A DNA stretch of 64,000 nt, taken from positions 1,600,001 to 1,664,000 of the forward strand of contig OZ001293.3 in assembly GCA_963921275.4 (NCBI GenBank), read 5' to 3'. A program made the translations under genes and the position numbers. The stretch is from an uncultured Hormoscilla sp. (GTDB lineage Bacteria; Cyanobacteriota; Cyanobacteriia; Cyanobacteriales; Desertifilaceae). The notes under the pieces were generated by a model that worked only from the letters and a program-made list of their open reading frames with translations, had not been told where the DNA came from and did not search any database. Below are positions 30,716-41,768 of the stretch, piece by piece (within the stretch, counting starts at the first letter, position 1; the number at the start of each line of letters is the position of its first letter).

Positions 30716-32399
30716 TTATGATGATTGACGCCCTTCCCGTTCAGCTTCCAGTTCCCGTAAACGAGCTTCCAATTCCAGGAATTTCGCTTCCAAGTCCAGA
30801 TATTTCGCTTCCCATTTCTGATATTTCGCTTTCCATTCGGTGGATTTCAGCAACCTTTCTCCAGTTTCCATATCTTCCAGCAATAAACGACCATCCTGCA
30901 TACTGATCCACAACCCGATCGTCTCGCAGGAAATGCGTCCGTCATCGTCTGGAATAATAGGTAGATAGCGTTCGGCTACTAACCGATAACCCAGCACCTC
31001 ATCAATTACTTGACCGCGCAGACTGCGGCGATCTATAATTACATATTCACCAATGGAAGCCTGTTCGTATTGGAGCACTTTAGTTTGCTTGTCTTCCTTG
31101 CGGTAACGAGGCGATACCACTTCCAGAACAAAAACTGGTCGCACTCCTTCCGACGCAACTACAAAGGTAGAACGATACTGCTGCTTGTTGCGGATGCCAA
31201 ACGCCACAAACAGGTCTGGACAGTGCTTTTTCAAATCGGGATTATCCCATTCGATGGACAGGTCGGTGAATACTCCCACTGTTGGGTCCCGATCGCAGCG
31301 ATTACTCAACATATCCCGAGCATCCCTTGTAACATCAGAGTGAAAACTATTGCTAGGCAAATTATAACCCTCCTCCGGGTGCAAGGATGGGGTCGAGCCG
31401 GGAATCGCTTCCCGACCCTCCCTTGAGGAACCGGACTTGCGATTTTCACCGCATCCGGCTACTGGGTACTAGGCCCTTTTCATAGGTAGACTTAATAGGA
31501 ATTACTTCCGTTAGCCCTTGCCGCCTGTCTTTTCTTCCCTTTCCTGGTTTAGCGAGTGGTTGTTCTGATAACCGTTAGTATCACCATTTTCAAGTCAGTT
31601 TTACCAGTTATCCATACCTTATCCTCCACTTGCGTTTCGGATTAGTTCCGTGGCTTTTTAGGATTACTCATTCCAGCAGCTTCCTAGTATCACCGACCCA
31701 CGTCAGCGCTGGCTACCCAGCATCATCTACATTACTGTAGATGTTATCCCAGGAATTACCCCGGGCATTCGCTTCTTGGGCCATCCCTCCCCCCGTGGCT
31801 TGCGCTTAACATCTAACTTGTCCTGATGGACAGCACACGAGAGGTTACTTCGTTCCCTAACAACATTTCGCGATACCTTTAGGTCCACACTATACCCCGG
31901 GAGCTATTTGAGTACTATATTAGCCAGAGTCTAAAACTAATACTAGCTACCATTTCCTTTTTAGGCCAGCGCATATAGCCTTATTTCGCTGGTTCCTTAT
32001 AACGAGGCTTGCACATGTTTGCCTGCTCTAACCTTGGATATCTTTCCTAGCGGCGTCACCGGCTTAGGCTGCCAGTTATCCTACATTTGAGTCCTCGCTT
32101 AGCACCACGATGATGTCGCTTCGTAGCACCGAGGACCGGTGTCACCCCCGTACCTGGGGGGAGGGGAATTTAACCCCCATGCGGTCAGAGTTCCCGGCTA
32201 ATGAAACCGGGCTAGCGTTCCGTGTTTGACCACGTTAGGCTAGAACGAATCGCACAAACTCCATAGAGGTTAGAGGAACCTGGATATTTTTAATACTACC
32301 GTCCGGCTGCACTTGCTCTTCATATCGCTAGCCAGTTTCAGCCAGATCCGCAGCCTGTTCCGTTTGTACAGTGGGCGATCGTAACCCAGACTTGACCAT
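30716..32399 (-). pseudogene. Second Uma2-family endonuclease, interrupted by a group II intron (exons 32399..32256 and 31384..30716), with a TAG in exon 1
   Basis: Spliced VPLTSMEF|LHPEEGY matches the paralog's VPLTSMEFLYPEEGY. Exon 1 reads TG*RY versus TGWRY. Confidence 0.9.
31385..32255 (-). mobile_element. ORF-less group II intron (871 nt)
   Basis: 5' GTGCGATTCGTT; domain V AGCCGGATGCGGTGAAAATCGCAAGTCCGGTTC; domain VI. Boundaries fixed by the intron-less paralog. EBS1-like AGACTC (31927-32) sits in a stem-loop and is complementary to IBS1 GAGTTT. Confidence 0.92.
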
Positions 32400-32464
32400 T
32401 TTACATCCTCCTTACTAATCTCTCATTTAATTATAACCATTCCTGCCTCTCAACTGCCTATTCT

Positions 32465-32643
32465 CAATACTTCTCGGTTAAGCGTCTTATTTGTCATTGC
32501 GAGGGGGGTACGTAGCGATTAACTTATGCCGAACCGAGTTAATCCCCCGCTGCGCTAACCGGGGGGGATCCTGGCGGTAAGCCCTAAAATGTCGGTTTGG
32601 GCTCCCCCCCTCGCAATGACAGATTATTAACCGAGAAGTATTG
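32465..32643. mobile_element. MITE with IS4-like ends
   Basis: Perfect 17-bp TIR CAATACTTCTCGGTTAA; near-perfect 10-bp TSD TGCC(T/A)ATTCT; internal IR TGTCATTGCGAGGGGGG/CCCCCCTCGCAATGACA. Confidence 0.8.
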
Positions 32644-33011
32644 TGCCAATTCTCTCATCCCAGCCAAAATTAGGGCACAGGCACCACCGGCGATCGCCTT
32701 CAATCTTTCTCATTATACAGTGCCCGATCGCTTAAAAAAATTTAAAACGAAAAAAATTTAAAATGTATTCGTTCCGCCCACCCCTCCCCCATCCGATCGC
32801 CCAAGACCCCCTGTACCCCAACGGTATGCGATCGCCAATATAATGTATGGATGCGATCGCTCAACGGGCGATGGCCAGGGCGATCGATGAATCATGAAGC
32901 GGAAAATGCTCGCGCCCGCCATAGATGCACCTTAACGGGAGATGTTATAATGAATAAGTTATACCAAATATATCTGTTATCGGCGACGGCGGCAAAAAAT
33001 ACCAAAGGGCT

Positions 33012-33395
33012 ATTTCTATTTTCTTTCACGAACAACTTCACAGAACTCCAGCATCCACTCCTGCCCCCAGATGAAAGATTTCCCCGTAACCATTTGCGGT
33101 GCGGGGGCGCTGGGTGCTAATATTACCGAAAACTTGGCGCGGGCTGGGTTTGCTCAGATGAGAGTAATCGATCGCGATCGTATTGAAGAACGCAACCTCT
33201 CCACCCAGCCTTACTACAAGTCAGATGTTGGTGCTTATAAAGCGAAAATGATCGCCAATACCCTCTACCGCGCCTTGGGAGTAGCTGTAGATGGACGTAC
33301 CAAAGAATTAACCTCAGCTAATGCCTCGCAGTTGTTAAAGGGAAGCGCGATCGCGATCGATACCTTTGATAATAGCGTCGGGCGTCAAGCGATTT
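33012..33395 (+). pseudogene. ThiF/E1-like adenylyltransferase with a damaged start and truncated C-terminus
   Basis: VTICGAGALG, VIDRDRIEERNLSTQ, KAK and IDTFDN motifs. Family-like sequence stops after SVGRQA. Upstream SIFFHEQLHR is in another frame. Confidence 0.8.
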
Positions 33396-33619
33396 TGCGG
33401 TCAAACCCTTTGAATTATGAAAATATTTGCTATTTCCCGCCAATATATACTATGATAGAAATAACCCGCAGCCTAACCCTAGGAGCTTACATACTTCTGA
33501 ACAAAGTACAACGAAATGGCTCCGGGAACTTCTGCGGGTTTTGCGAGAGCGCGTGTTTGATCAAAAAAATCCCTCTTCCAATTTGGGAGAGGGGTGAGGG
33601 GTTAGGGGAAAATTGTCAA

Positions 33620-35269
33620 TTAAGACCGAGGAGTTTTATCTCCCTTGAGGGCTGCTAGCCATTCATTGAGTTGATCGCCAGCAATATCGCGCGCGCCCAG
33701 ACCAAAGGCCAGGGCGATCGCCACAGCAATAGCACCCAACAGCAGGCCAAAAGCCAAATTAACAATGTCAGGAGCAATTCCCATCCGTTGCAGTGCCATC
33801 GCGCCGACCAAGATGATAATCGCAATGTAAGCAGCCTGACCTAAAAACGTCCCTTGGCTACTGCCAGAACTGATAATTAAGTTTTTGACGAAGTTAGCGC
33901 AAGCCAGACCAATGGCAAACACCACTACCCCTATGAGAACCTGGGCAGCTATCTGCAGAATCGTCCCCAGAATCAATGTCAGTGCATTTAAGCCCAGGAT
34001 ATCAGTTGCCGTAATTGTGGCAAACAGCATGATGGCCACCAGCACTATCGTACCCACAATTTCTGAAGGTGTTTTGGTCTGGGTCTTTTGCAGCAGAGTC
34101 TGTTCGCCATCGGGTGACGACTGAGTCTCACTTGCCTGTGCTGATTGCAAACCTAACCAAGAAAAGATCTTGTTGAACCCAAACCCAGTGAGGATATTTG
34201 TCACTAAATCTGAGACAAACCTGCCGATCACGTAAGATATCACCACAATCAACCCCGCCACAAACAGTAAGGGGATAATGCCGAGAATATCCTCTAGCAT
34301 CGCTACCGCTGGGGCAGAGATGGCCTCAATACCGACATTGTTTAAGGCCGCGATCGCAAAGGGAATCAAAACCAAAACATACACGATCGTACCCACCAGC
34401 CAGGAAAGGGTTTGGCTACCACTGCTCGGATAAAGTCCAAACCTCGACCCCAATTGGTCTACGTTGGTTGCCAGCAACAGATTAGTGACAATCCGACGCA
34501 CCACCGTCGCTACCAACCAGCCTGCCGCAGCAATCAGTCCCGCCCCCACCATGTCGGGCAGGATCGAGAGGAATTCATCCAGTAGCCCCTGTACCGGTTC
34601 TAATGTGCCCTCTAACTGCAAAGTGCTGAGAATGGACGGTAGAAATAGCAGGAATATGAACCAGTACAGGGCATTTGCCAGGGTGTTACTCACCGCCAAC
34701 TGGTTGTCACCAGTTTGAGAACAGACTTGCTGACCCAAACGCCGATCCAAATTCAAGGCATTCAGCGCCTGCGTCACCACCATCTTGACGATGGTTGCTA
34801 GCACCCAAGCGACCGCCAACAAAATTCCTGCACTGGCTATCCTGGGTAAGTATATGAGAATCTGACTGAGGAAATTATTCAGGGGCTGAGAAACCACCTG
34901 TAGCTTCAGGGCGTCCAAAAATCCCACGAACGCGAAAATCAGGATCAGCCAGAACACCAGATCCGAGATCCATTTCTCAGTCTGTAGCGTTGACGGTTGA
35001 TCGGTACGACCCGCGACCCATCCTGCGATCTTGTTATCCAGTTTGGTCCTTTTCAGTATTCCTCTGGTCACTCCTGCCATAATTTTAGCCACTATAAGGC
35101 CGACTACGAGAATCAGCACCGCCATGGCGATATCCTGCAGACGTGGGAAGAAGCTTGCAATGTCAGAGGTTTTTATTTGTGCCAGGGTCGGTGGCACCGA
35201 CATCCGATCTGTTCCCATTATTTGGCCTAAGCCCACTGATGGGGTTATGCCTTGCCACATTTCATTCAT
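33620..35269 (-). CDS. TM-helix repeat protein (mechanosensitive-channel-associated, CmpX-like)
   Basis: Repeated P.I..A.LI...GW.VA units; C-terminal AIALAFGLGARDIA. Confidence 0.85.
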   Translation of the reverse strand: MNEMWQGITPSVGLGQIMGTDRMSVPPTLAQIKTSDIASFFPRLQDIAMAVLILVVGLIVAKIMAGVTRGILKRTKLDNKIAGWVAGRTDQPSTLQTEKWISDLVFWLILIFAFVGFLDALKLQVVSQPLNNFLSQILIYLPRIASAGILLAVAWVLATIVKMVVTQALNALNLDRRLGQQVCSQTGDNQLAVSNTLANALYWFIFLLFLPSILSTLQLEGTLEPVQGLLDEFLSILPDMVGAGLIAAAGWLVATVVRRIVTNLLLATNVDQLGSRFGLYPSSGSQTLSWLVGTIVYVLVLIPFAIAALNNVGIEAISAPAVAMLEDILGIIPLLFVAGLIVVISYVIGRFVSDLVTNILTGFGFNKIFSWLGLQSAQASETQSSPDGEQTLLQKTQTKTPSEIVGTIVLVAIMLFATITATDILGLNALTLILGTILQIAAQVLIGVVVFAIGLACANFVKNLIISSGSSQGTFLGQAAYIAIIILVGAMALQRMGIAPDIVNLAFGLLLGAIAVAIALAFGLGARDIAGDQLNEWLAALKGDKTPRS

Positions 35270-35494
35270 AGATTTTTTCTATCCTCAACGGTACTCAATT
35301 GCAAAAATTGCTCCAGATAGAAGCTATTACTGAGAATTATCCTAACTTAGCCTCCGTTTTCTCACTGTTACCGAGCTATTTAAGCGACTAGCGATAATTT
35401 TCAGCTCCTGACCTGGGGGACCGGGCATTACCATATTACGGTAAGAACCGCTTTTTGATATCGCCCAGCAGCATTTCATACCTATATCCCAACC

Positions 35495-35959
35495 ATGTCA
35501 TCTAGTCAAGTTTTTGAACAATCAATCCAAATTCAGGCCAGTGCTACTGTAGTTGAGCGCTGTATTACAGAGCGGGATTTGATGCACCGATGGCTTAACC
35601 CCATGCTCCGGTGTGAGCCAGTGGGTACTACTGGAGATGAGGGTATTTGGGATACCAGCATCGGTGCCAGAGGTCGCTTTATTATCCAGATTCCTCTGTG
35701 GCAGCTTACCTTAGAAACTGTGGTGGTGTCCCGATCGCCCGGCAAGGTGGTCTGGGGGTTTTCCGGATTTTTCCGAGGACAAGATCTCTGGGAATGTCAA
35801 CCCACAGAAGTCGGAACCCATCTGCTGAATCAATTTTCCTTTGAAATTCCCAACCCCCTGATCCGCTTTGGTTTCAATACTTTTGCCTCTCGCTGGACTC
35901 AAGGGGACATGCAGGCCCAACTGCAACGCCTCAAGCTAGTTGCAGAAAGTCTTCAGTAA
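35495..35959 (+). CDS. SRPBCC/START-like protein
   Basis: FEQSIQIQASATVVERCIT..LMHRWLNP..FRGQDLWECQP. Confidence 0.8.
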   Translation: MSSSQVFEQSIQIQASATVVERCITERDLMHRWLNPMLRCEPVGTTGDEGIWDTSIGARGRFIIQIPLWQLTLETVVVSRSPGKVVWGFSGFFRGQDLWECQPTEVGTHLLNQFSFEIPNPLIRFGFNTFASRWTQGDMQAQLQRLKLVAESLQ

Positions 35960-36869
35960 GCACAGGTGGGTTCCGATAGACTCACCATCAGTAAATGAGC
36001 TACCGGTCTATTCCCGATCGCTCCTGGCATTGGTAAGTAGTTAGACAAAAAGGCGTTGCACATTTTGGGGATGATAAGTACTTGGACCGACTTATTTACA
36101 AATTACTTTCTTGCAGGATATGGCGCTTCGCGCCTCAATTATATGTAATTAATTTTGTCATACTACTTAAGTGACCAGCGATCGGTGAACAGTGACCAGC
36201 GATCGGCATAGCTTATGTATGAAATTTATATATGACTAGATACTGATATTAGCAATTAGCAATTAGAACTAGCCTAAATCTCTGGTGTAAAAATTATGAG
36301 GTATCGCGGCTGAAACCCTGGCAGGGTAACGACTTCAGCAAACCTATATTGCACAACTCATTTAGGGGAGCTATAGCAATTAGCAACCATCATCCCGAAA
36401 ATATGCAACGCCAACTTAATTATGCCAAAACCCAGGTACGACGAATACGAAGTGCGCAACCCAGGAGCGCTAGAGTAAAACCTGTCTCGTCATGCAGCGA
36501 TCGACGAGGGAGGCTGGGAGGAGATGGAACGTAAATAGGGTCTATTTGTATACAGGGCGACGCCGGAGCGCTAGCGGATTGAACAAATACGGTCCGATCC
36601 AATCTTTAAAGTTGATTGCGTTTTTGAAGGTCAAACCGAATTACCTCTATCTTACGGCGACTATAGCACTTCTGGTGATTAGCCCAGGGAAAACGCATCT
36701 AAATCCTGGAAGCCTTTCCCAGTAAGCATTATGGAATTATATAAGTATAAATACTCTGGATGCTCAAACCCTTGTCCTGTAAGCGTTTCAAAAATAAGAT
36801 GCGTTTACCCTGGTGATTAGCCACCCCCACCCTAAAGGGTGGGGCTACAGGAACAAAGCCCGCCTGCGC

Positions 36870-37495
36870 GAGCAAAAGAGTTGGATCGATGTTGGCTATT
36901 CCTGTGAAGAAATCAACTTCGGAAAACTCGGATTTTAATGCTTCTGCTTCTGGTTGTGGGATGGGGGCGAGGGGGTCGCGAAATGGTACATTCAGATGGA
37001 CTACCCCAGGGGTAGGAAACAGGTACATTCCCAGGCATGAATTACTGTTTGTCCCAGATATGCTAACATTTCCATTTCTAATGATGGCAATGCTAACTCG
37101 GCTTGCCAGTTCGGGTAATTGCCATATAATTTTACTTGGTAGATCGCCTGTCCGGCATGGCAGTTCCGCAGTTCCGGAGGGTGATCGGCTGTTAAAATCA
37201 ATAGAGGTACTCGATTTTCTCGCGCCTCGATCGCTGCTGGATAAAAGTTCGCACCCGCCGTTCCCGAAGTACAAACCAATGCTACTGGCAATCCCGTTCC
37301 CTTGGCAATTCTTAGGGCAAAAAATGCCGCTGAACCTTCGTCCAACACTGGAATAGCTTCGATTTGGGGGTTTTGGGCAAAAGCTACCGTCAGGGGGGTC
37401 GAGCGCGAACCCGGACAGGCGATCGCCGTTTTCAATCCCAGTCGCTTTAATGTTTCTGCTAAAATTGAAGCCTAAACTAAATTTACATTGCGGAA
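36870..37495 (-). pseudogene. menD: MenD (SEPHCHC synthase) N-terminal remnant
   Basis: [57 protein letters not shown]. It has a stop and a frameshift and ends at a REP. Confidence 0.9.
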
Positions 37496-37516
37496 TAAGA
37501 GCATTTTCTTACTTAG

Positions 37517-37727
37517 GGCTTGCTGAATAAAGTCGGCAGAGCGAATAATGATGCCACACAGCGCCGAATTATGGTAGTTTTGTCGCCAATGGAACCCAAG
37601 AAACCCGACGATTTCCTGCGAAAGTGTAAGGTTTTGAGTCCTCCGATGTCAATCAAGAGCACTTGTAAGCTTCTCAAAATGCCTGAAAGCCTTGCCTGAT
37701 AATGCTTTCACTCTTTTTCAGTCAGCC
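37517..37727. mobile_element. Probable MITE / IS-end remnant upstream of the menD fragment
   Basis: Imperfect IRs GGCTTGCTGAATAAAG / CTTTTTCAGTCAGCC. Confidence 0.4.
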
Positions 37728-38445
37728 ATACTTATATATGTTGTTCCTCAGCGGTTAAAACCCGTTGGTAATTCCTTGAATTGCTGACTTCTTAACCTGT
37801 CCCTTGTTCTCCCTTGCCTTTTCCCTGACCCATGCTGTATAATACCAGTAGAGTTCCTCTCGTCAAACCGCCCTGGTTTTGGGATAGGAGTAAAAAGTTA
37901 CCAACTCTCTCCTTGAGGACAAGGCTGAATAGGTAACGTTATGAGATGAATAAACCCATGAAGACTAGTAGAAATCATGTTAAAAGCATCACCCAAAAGT
38001 AAGTATTATCCTCCATCTAGATTGCCGGTGCCGCCCGACCCCAAAACCAAAGGCCGATGTCTGGTTTTCGCCGTGCGTCCGGGAGACATCGCCAGGCCGG
38101 TTTAGCTGCTGTCAATGGGCCAGTGCCGCTGGCGGTGGCAGCAGGGCGGGCGGTTAAGCTGACTGCTATCAGCTTACTAACAGGACTGCTTACCACTGGC
38201 CTAGCACTGCCCGCTCGCGCCTTAACGATGCTTCAGCCCACTTCTGTCTTCTATCCCAGAAGAGCCTCCAGAGGTCGGTTACGCTCTAATCAACCTGATT
38301 AACCAAACCGGGTTGTCACAAGGTTATACCAGTGGGGTGACTGACTTTGATACCTATATCATCCACGACTCACCCTAACGGTCGTTTCGATGTTTCGTGG
38401 GGAGGCGTTAATGAGGTATTTACAGGTGAGGGCGGGTGTAGCTGC

Positions 38446-39858
38446 TTAAAGCTGCTTCACTTCGCCAACGATCTTAGTCACCATATCCTTAGCGCTGCCA
38501 AACAGCATCATCGTCTTGTCCTTGTAAAACAGATCGTTATCAATCCCAGCAAAGCCTGTATTTAGACTACGCTTGATCACGATCGTGTGTCCAGCCTTGT
38601 CTACCTCCAGAATGGGCATCCCATAAATTGGGCTACCAGCATTATCCCGCGCTGCTGGGTTGACCACGTCGTTCGCCCCAATTACCAAGGCTACATCCGT
38701 GCGATCGAAATCTGGATTAATGTCCTCCATATCGTACAGCTGCTCGTAAGGCACGTTCGCCTCGGCCAGCAACACGTTCATATGTCCGGGCATCCGTCCG
38801 GCCACTGGGTGAATGGCATACTTCACCTCAACCCCGAGGCGTTCCAACTGGTCAGCCAACTCCCGCACCGCATGCTGTGCCTGGGCTACAGCCATGCCAT
38901 AACCGGGAACGATCGCCACAGAGCGAGCATAACCCAACATCATCGCACTCTCTTCCGGGTCGATGCTATGGACAGTTTTATCGACCTTGCCACCAGCAGC
39001 AGTCGCAGCTGTGCCGCCACCCGTACCAAAGCCAGCGAACAACACATTGGTGAGGGAGCGGTTCATCGCCTTACACATAATCACGGTCAGGATGATACCG
39101 GAAGCACCCACCAAGGCACCAGCGATAATCAGCATATTGTTCACCACCACGAAGCCCGCAGCAGAAGCAGCTAACCCAGAGAAGGAGTTCAGCAGGGAAA
39201 TTACCACGGGCATGTCGCCGCCACCAATAGGAATGACAAACATCACTCCCAGTACCAGGGAAATACCCGCCAATGCCAGGAAAACTGGCGTGTTCAAGGG
39301 GTTCAGGCAGATATAAACACAACCTGCCAGAAAGCTGCCGAGGAGGAGGGCGTTAAAGGGTTGCTGCAAGGGGAAGAGGATGGGGGAACCACTCATAATC
39401 CCTTTCAGCTTCGCAAAGGCGATCAAAGATCCCGTGAAGGTCACGCCACCAATTAACACCCCTAGCAATACCGTAATTGTAGTGTCTAATGGTGGGCGAT
39501 CGAAGCTGGCGAAATAGCGCCAAAATTCTCCTACGGCGACCAGGGCGGAAGCAGCCCCCCCTAAACCATTGAATAAACCTACCATTTCTGGCATGGCAGT
39601 CATTTCTACTTTGTAAGCCCCGATCGCCCCTATTACCGAACCGATCGCAATGCCGATCAGAATCATCTGATAGTTCAGCACTTCCTGATCAAGCAGCGTC
39701 ACCGCGATCGCTAGCAGCATCCCGACGACAGCCCACAGATTACCATTGCGAGCCGTTGCTGGAGAACCCAGCTTTTTCAGACCGACAAAGAATAACGATG
39801 CTGCCAGCAAATAGGTCAGTTGTATGCTGGTCGGGATATATTCGCTGATACTGCTCAT
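38446..39858 (-). CDS. pntB: NAD(P) transhydrogenase subunit beta
   Basis: IGGGDMPVVIS, PGYGMAVAQAQH, IHPVAGRMPGHMNVLLAEA. Confidence 0.97.
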   Translation of the reverse strand: MSSISEYIPTSIQLTYLLAASLFFVGLKKLGSPATARNGNLWAVVGMLLAIAVTLLDQEVLNYQMILIGIAIGSVIGAIGAYKVEMTAMPEMVGLFNGLGGAASALVAVGEFWRYFASFDRPPLDTTITVLLGVLIGGVTFTGSLIAFAKLKGIMSGSPILFPLQQPFNALLLGSFLAGCVYICLNPLNTPVFLALAGISLVLGVMFVIPIGGGDMPVVISLLNSFSGLAASAAGFVVVNNMLIIAGALVGASGIILTVIMCKAMNRSLTNVLFAGFGTGGGTAATAAGGKVDKTVHSIDPEESAMMLGYARSVAIVPGYGMAVAQAQHAVRELADQLERLGVEVKYAIHPVAGRMPGHMNVLLAEANVPYEQLYDMEDINPDFDRTDVALVIGANDVVNPAARDNAGSPIYGMPILEVDKAGHTIVIKRSLNTGFAGIDNDLFYKDKTMMLFGSAKDMVTKIVGEVKQL

Positions 39859-40148
39859 GCCTTAATCTCCTTCTTCTTAAACATTTGCAACATCCTGTCC
39901 GTTACCAGGAAACCGCCCACCACATTAATCGTGGCAAAAACCACAGCAATTAAGCCCAAAATCACCGTCACATTCCAATCCTTATCCCCCGCAATAATCA
40001 AGGCACCTAAAATTGCAATGCCCGAGATCGCATTGGCCCCAGACATCAAGGGCGTATGCAGGGTTGGCGGCACCTTGTTAATCACCTCGAACCCGGCAAA
40101 TGAAGCCAGGACAAAAACGAACAAAGCCGAAATCAATGCTTCAGTCAT
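39855..40148 (-). CDS. pntA: NAD(P) transhydrogenase alpha-2 (membrane part)
   Basis: VPPTLHTPLMSGANAISG; GGFLVTDRMLQMFK. Confidence 0.95.
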   Translation of the reverse strand: MTEALISALFVFVLASFAGFEVINKVPPTLHTPLMSGANAISGIAILGALIIAGDKDWNVTVILGLIAVVFATINVVGGFLVTDRMLQMFKKKEIKA

Positions 40149-40214
40149 CGGACTAAAATCTCCTTTCTTTATCCTTTGGATGTAGGGTGGGCACCGCCCA
40201 CCAACCGCTTGCGA

Positions 40215-41360
40215 CTAGACGTTAACTACTACCTGTTCTAGAGCATCCTTGACCCGTTGGTTGCGAATTTCTCCTCCATGGGTGACGCAAGTCCCGCTAA
40301 TGATATCATCGGCAAAATCCAGCTTTAATTCCCCCTCTTTAATCAGGGTTTGCAACAGCGTGGAAATGTTCTTGGCATACATCTGAGAAGCATGGACTGG
40401 CATGGAGGAAGGCAAATTAATCGGACCGATGATCGTAATGCCATTACGCACCACATCCTTGCCAGCTTCCGTCAGGGCGCAGTTACCACCTTGTTCGGCT
40501 GCCAAGTCAACAATTACTGCACCAGGTTTCATCTTCGCGACCGTTTCTTCCGTAACCAGCAGCGGCGCTTTCTTGCCAGGAACCTGGGCAGTGGTAATCA
40601 CTACATCGGCGGCGGCCACAGTATCAGTCACTAATTTTTGAGTGCGTTTCTTGGACTCCTCGGAAATTTCCTTAGCGTAGCCACCTGCGGCTACTGTATC
40701 TTCCTCTAATTTCACCTCTACGAACTTGGCACCGAGGCTTTGCACTTCTTCTTTTACTGCTGGGCGGATGTCAAAAGCTTCTACCACCGCACCCAAGCGT
40801 CGCGCAGTGGCGATCGCCTGCAAACCTGCCACTCCAGCACCCATCACAAACACTTTCGCCGGGCGGATAGTACCAGCTGCCGTTGTCAACATGGGGAAGA
40901 ACTTAGGCAAAGCCGCTGCGGCCAGCAGTACTGCTTTATACCCAGCCACACCCGCCTGAGAGGACAAAGCATCCATACTCTGGGCCCGACTGGTACGAGG
41001 TATCATTTCCATACTGAAAGCCGTCACCCGACGTTCTGCCAGCTTTCCTATCAATTCTGGCGAACCCAGGGGATTGAGGAAGCTAATCAAGACTCCTTCG
41101 GCCCGTAGCTGGTTAATTTCGGACTCTTTGGGCGTCCCCACCTTCAGCAGCACATCTGCTTCCCCCCAGAGATATCCGATATCTTCGATTATCTTGGCAC
41201 CCGCAGCTTCATAGGCGCTGTTCGGGAAGAATGACTGTTCCCCTGCCCCCGACTCTACCCATATTTCTAAGCCCTGCTTTGTCAACCGGGAGACGATATC
41301 GGGAATCAAAGCCACGCGGCGTTCGCCGAATTCTACTTCTTTGGCAACTGCTATTTTCAT
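40215..41360 (-). CDS. pntA: NAD(P) transhydrogenase alpha-1 (NAD-binding)
   Basis: PRTSRAQSMDALSS, GAGVAGLQAIATARRLGA, DLAAEQGGNC. Confidence 0.96.
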   Translation of the reverse strand: MKIAVAKEVEFGERRVALIPDIVSRLTKQGLEIWVESGAGEQSFFPNSAYEAAGAKIIEDIGYLWGEADVLLKVGTPKESEINQLRAEGVLISFLNPLGSPELIGKLAERRVTAFSMEMIPRTSRAQSMDALSSQAGVAGYKAVLLAAAALPKFFPMLTTAAGTIRPAKVFVMGAGVAGLQAIATARRLGAVVEAFDIRPAVKEEVQSLGAKFVEVKLEEDTVAAGGYAKEISEESKKRTQKLVTDTVAAADVVITTAQVPGKKAPLLVTEETVAKMKPGAVIVDLAAEQGGNCALTEAGKDVVRNGITIIGPINLPSSMPVHASQMYAKNISTLLQTLIKEGELKLDFADDIISGTCVTHGGEIRNQRVKDALEQVVVNV

Positions 41361-41768
41361 TTACGCTCCTTTTCCCTTTTCTCGAAAACTCTCAGAAGTT
41401 TTACTTGATTGCATTGGATTTGGGCATCTCCATTCTGCATCCTATGTTAATTTCTCTAAATCGCTGCCCTTCTTTAACTTTTTTATACATTTAGCTGTTC
41501 CCACTCGCTCTTCTGTATTCGATCGGACCAAATTATCCCTTATCTCTGGAGTTAGCAACTGATTCTTTCAGTATTTAAACTGATTTGCCTATCTTTAGAT
41601 TGTCTTTAGATTTTTTCCCTTGCAGAGCGAGTAGGGAATGCTATAATTGAAGCTGTCCGCAGACAGCAAAAAATAACGGACTGGTAGAGACAGTCCGCGG
41701 TCAGTAGTCAGTTGTATTAGAGGTAGGTGGTCAACAAACAACAAACAACAAACAACATTAATATTTTG

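Noticed and set aside
36420..36540. IS630-like transposase fragment (DETGF..RRTW)
   Set aside because: Too short and degenerate to call with confidence.
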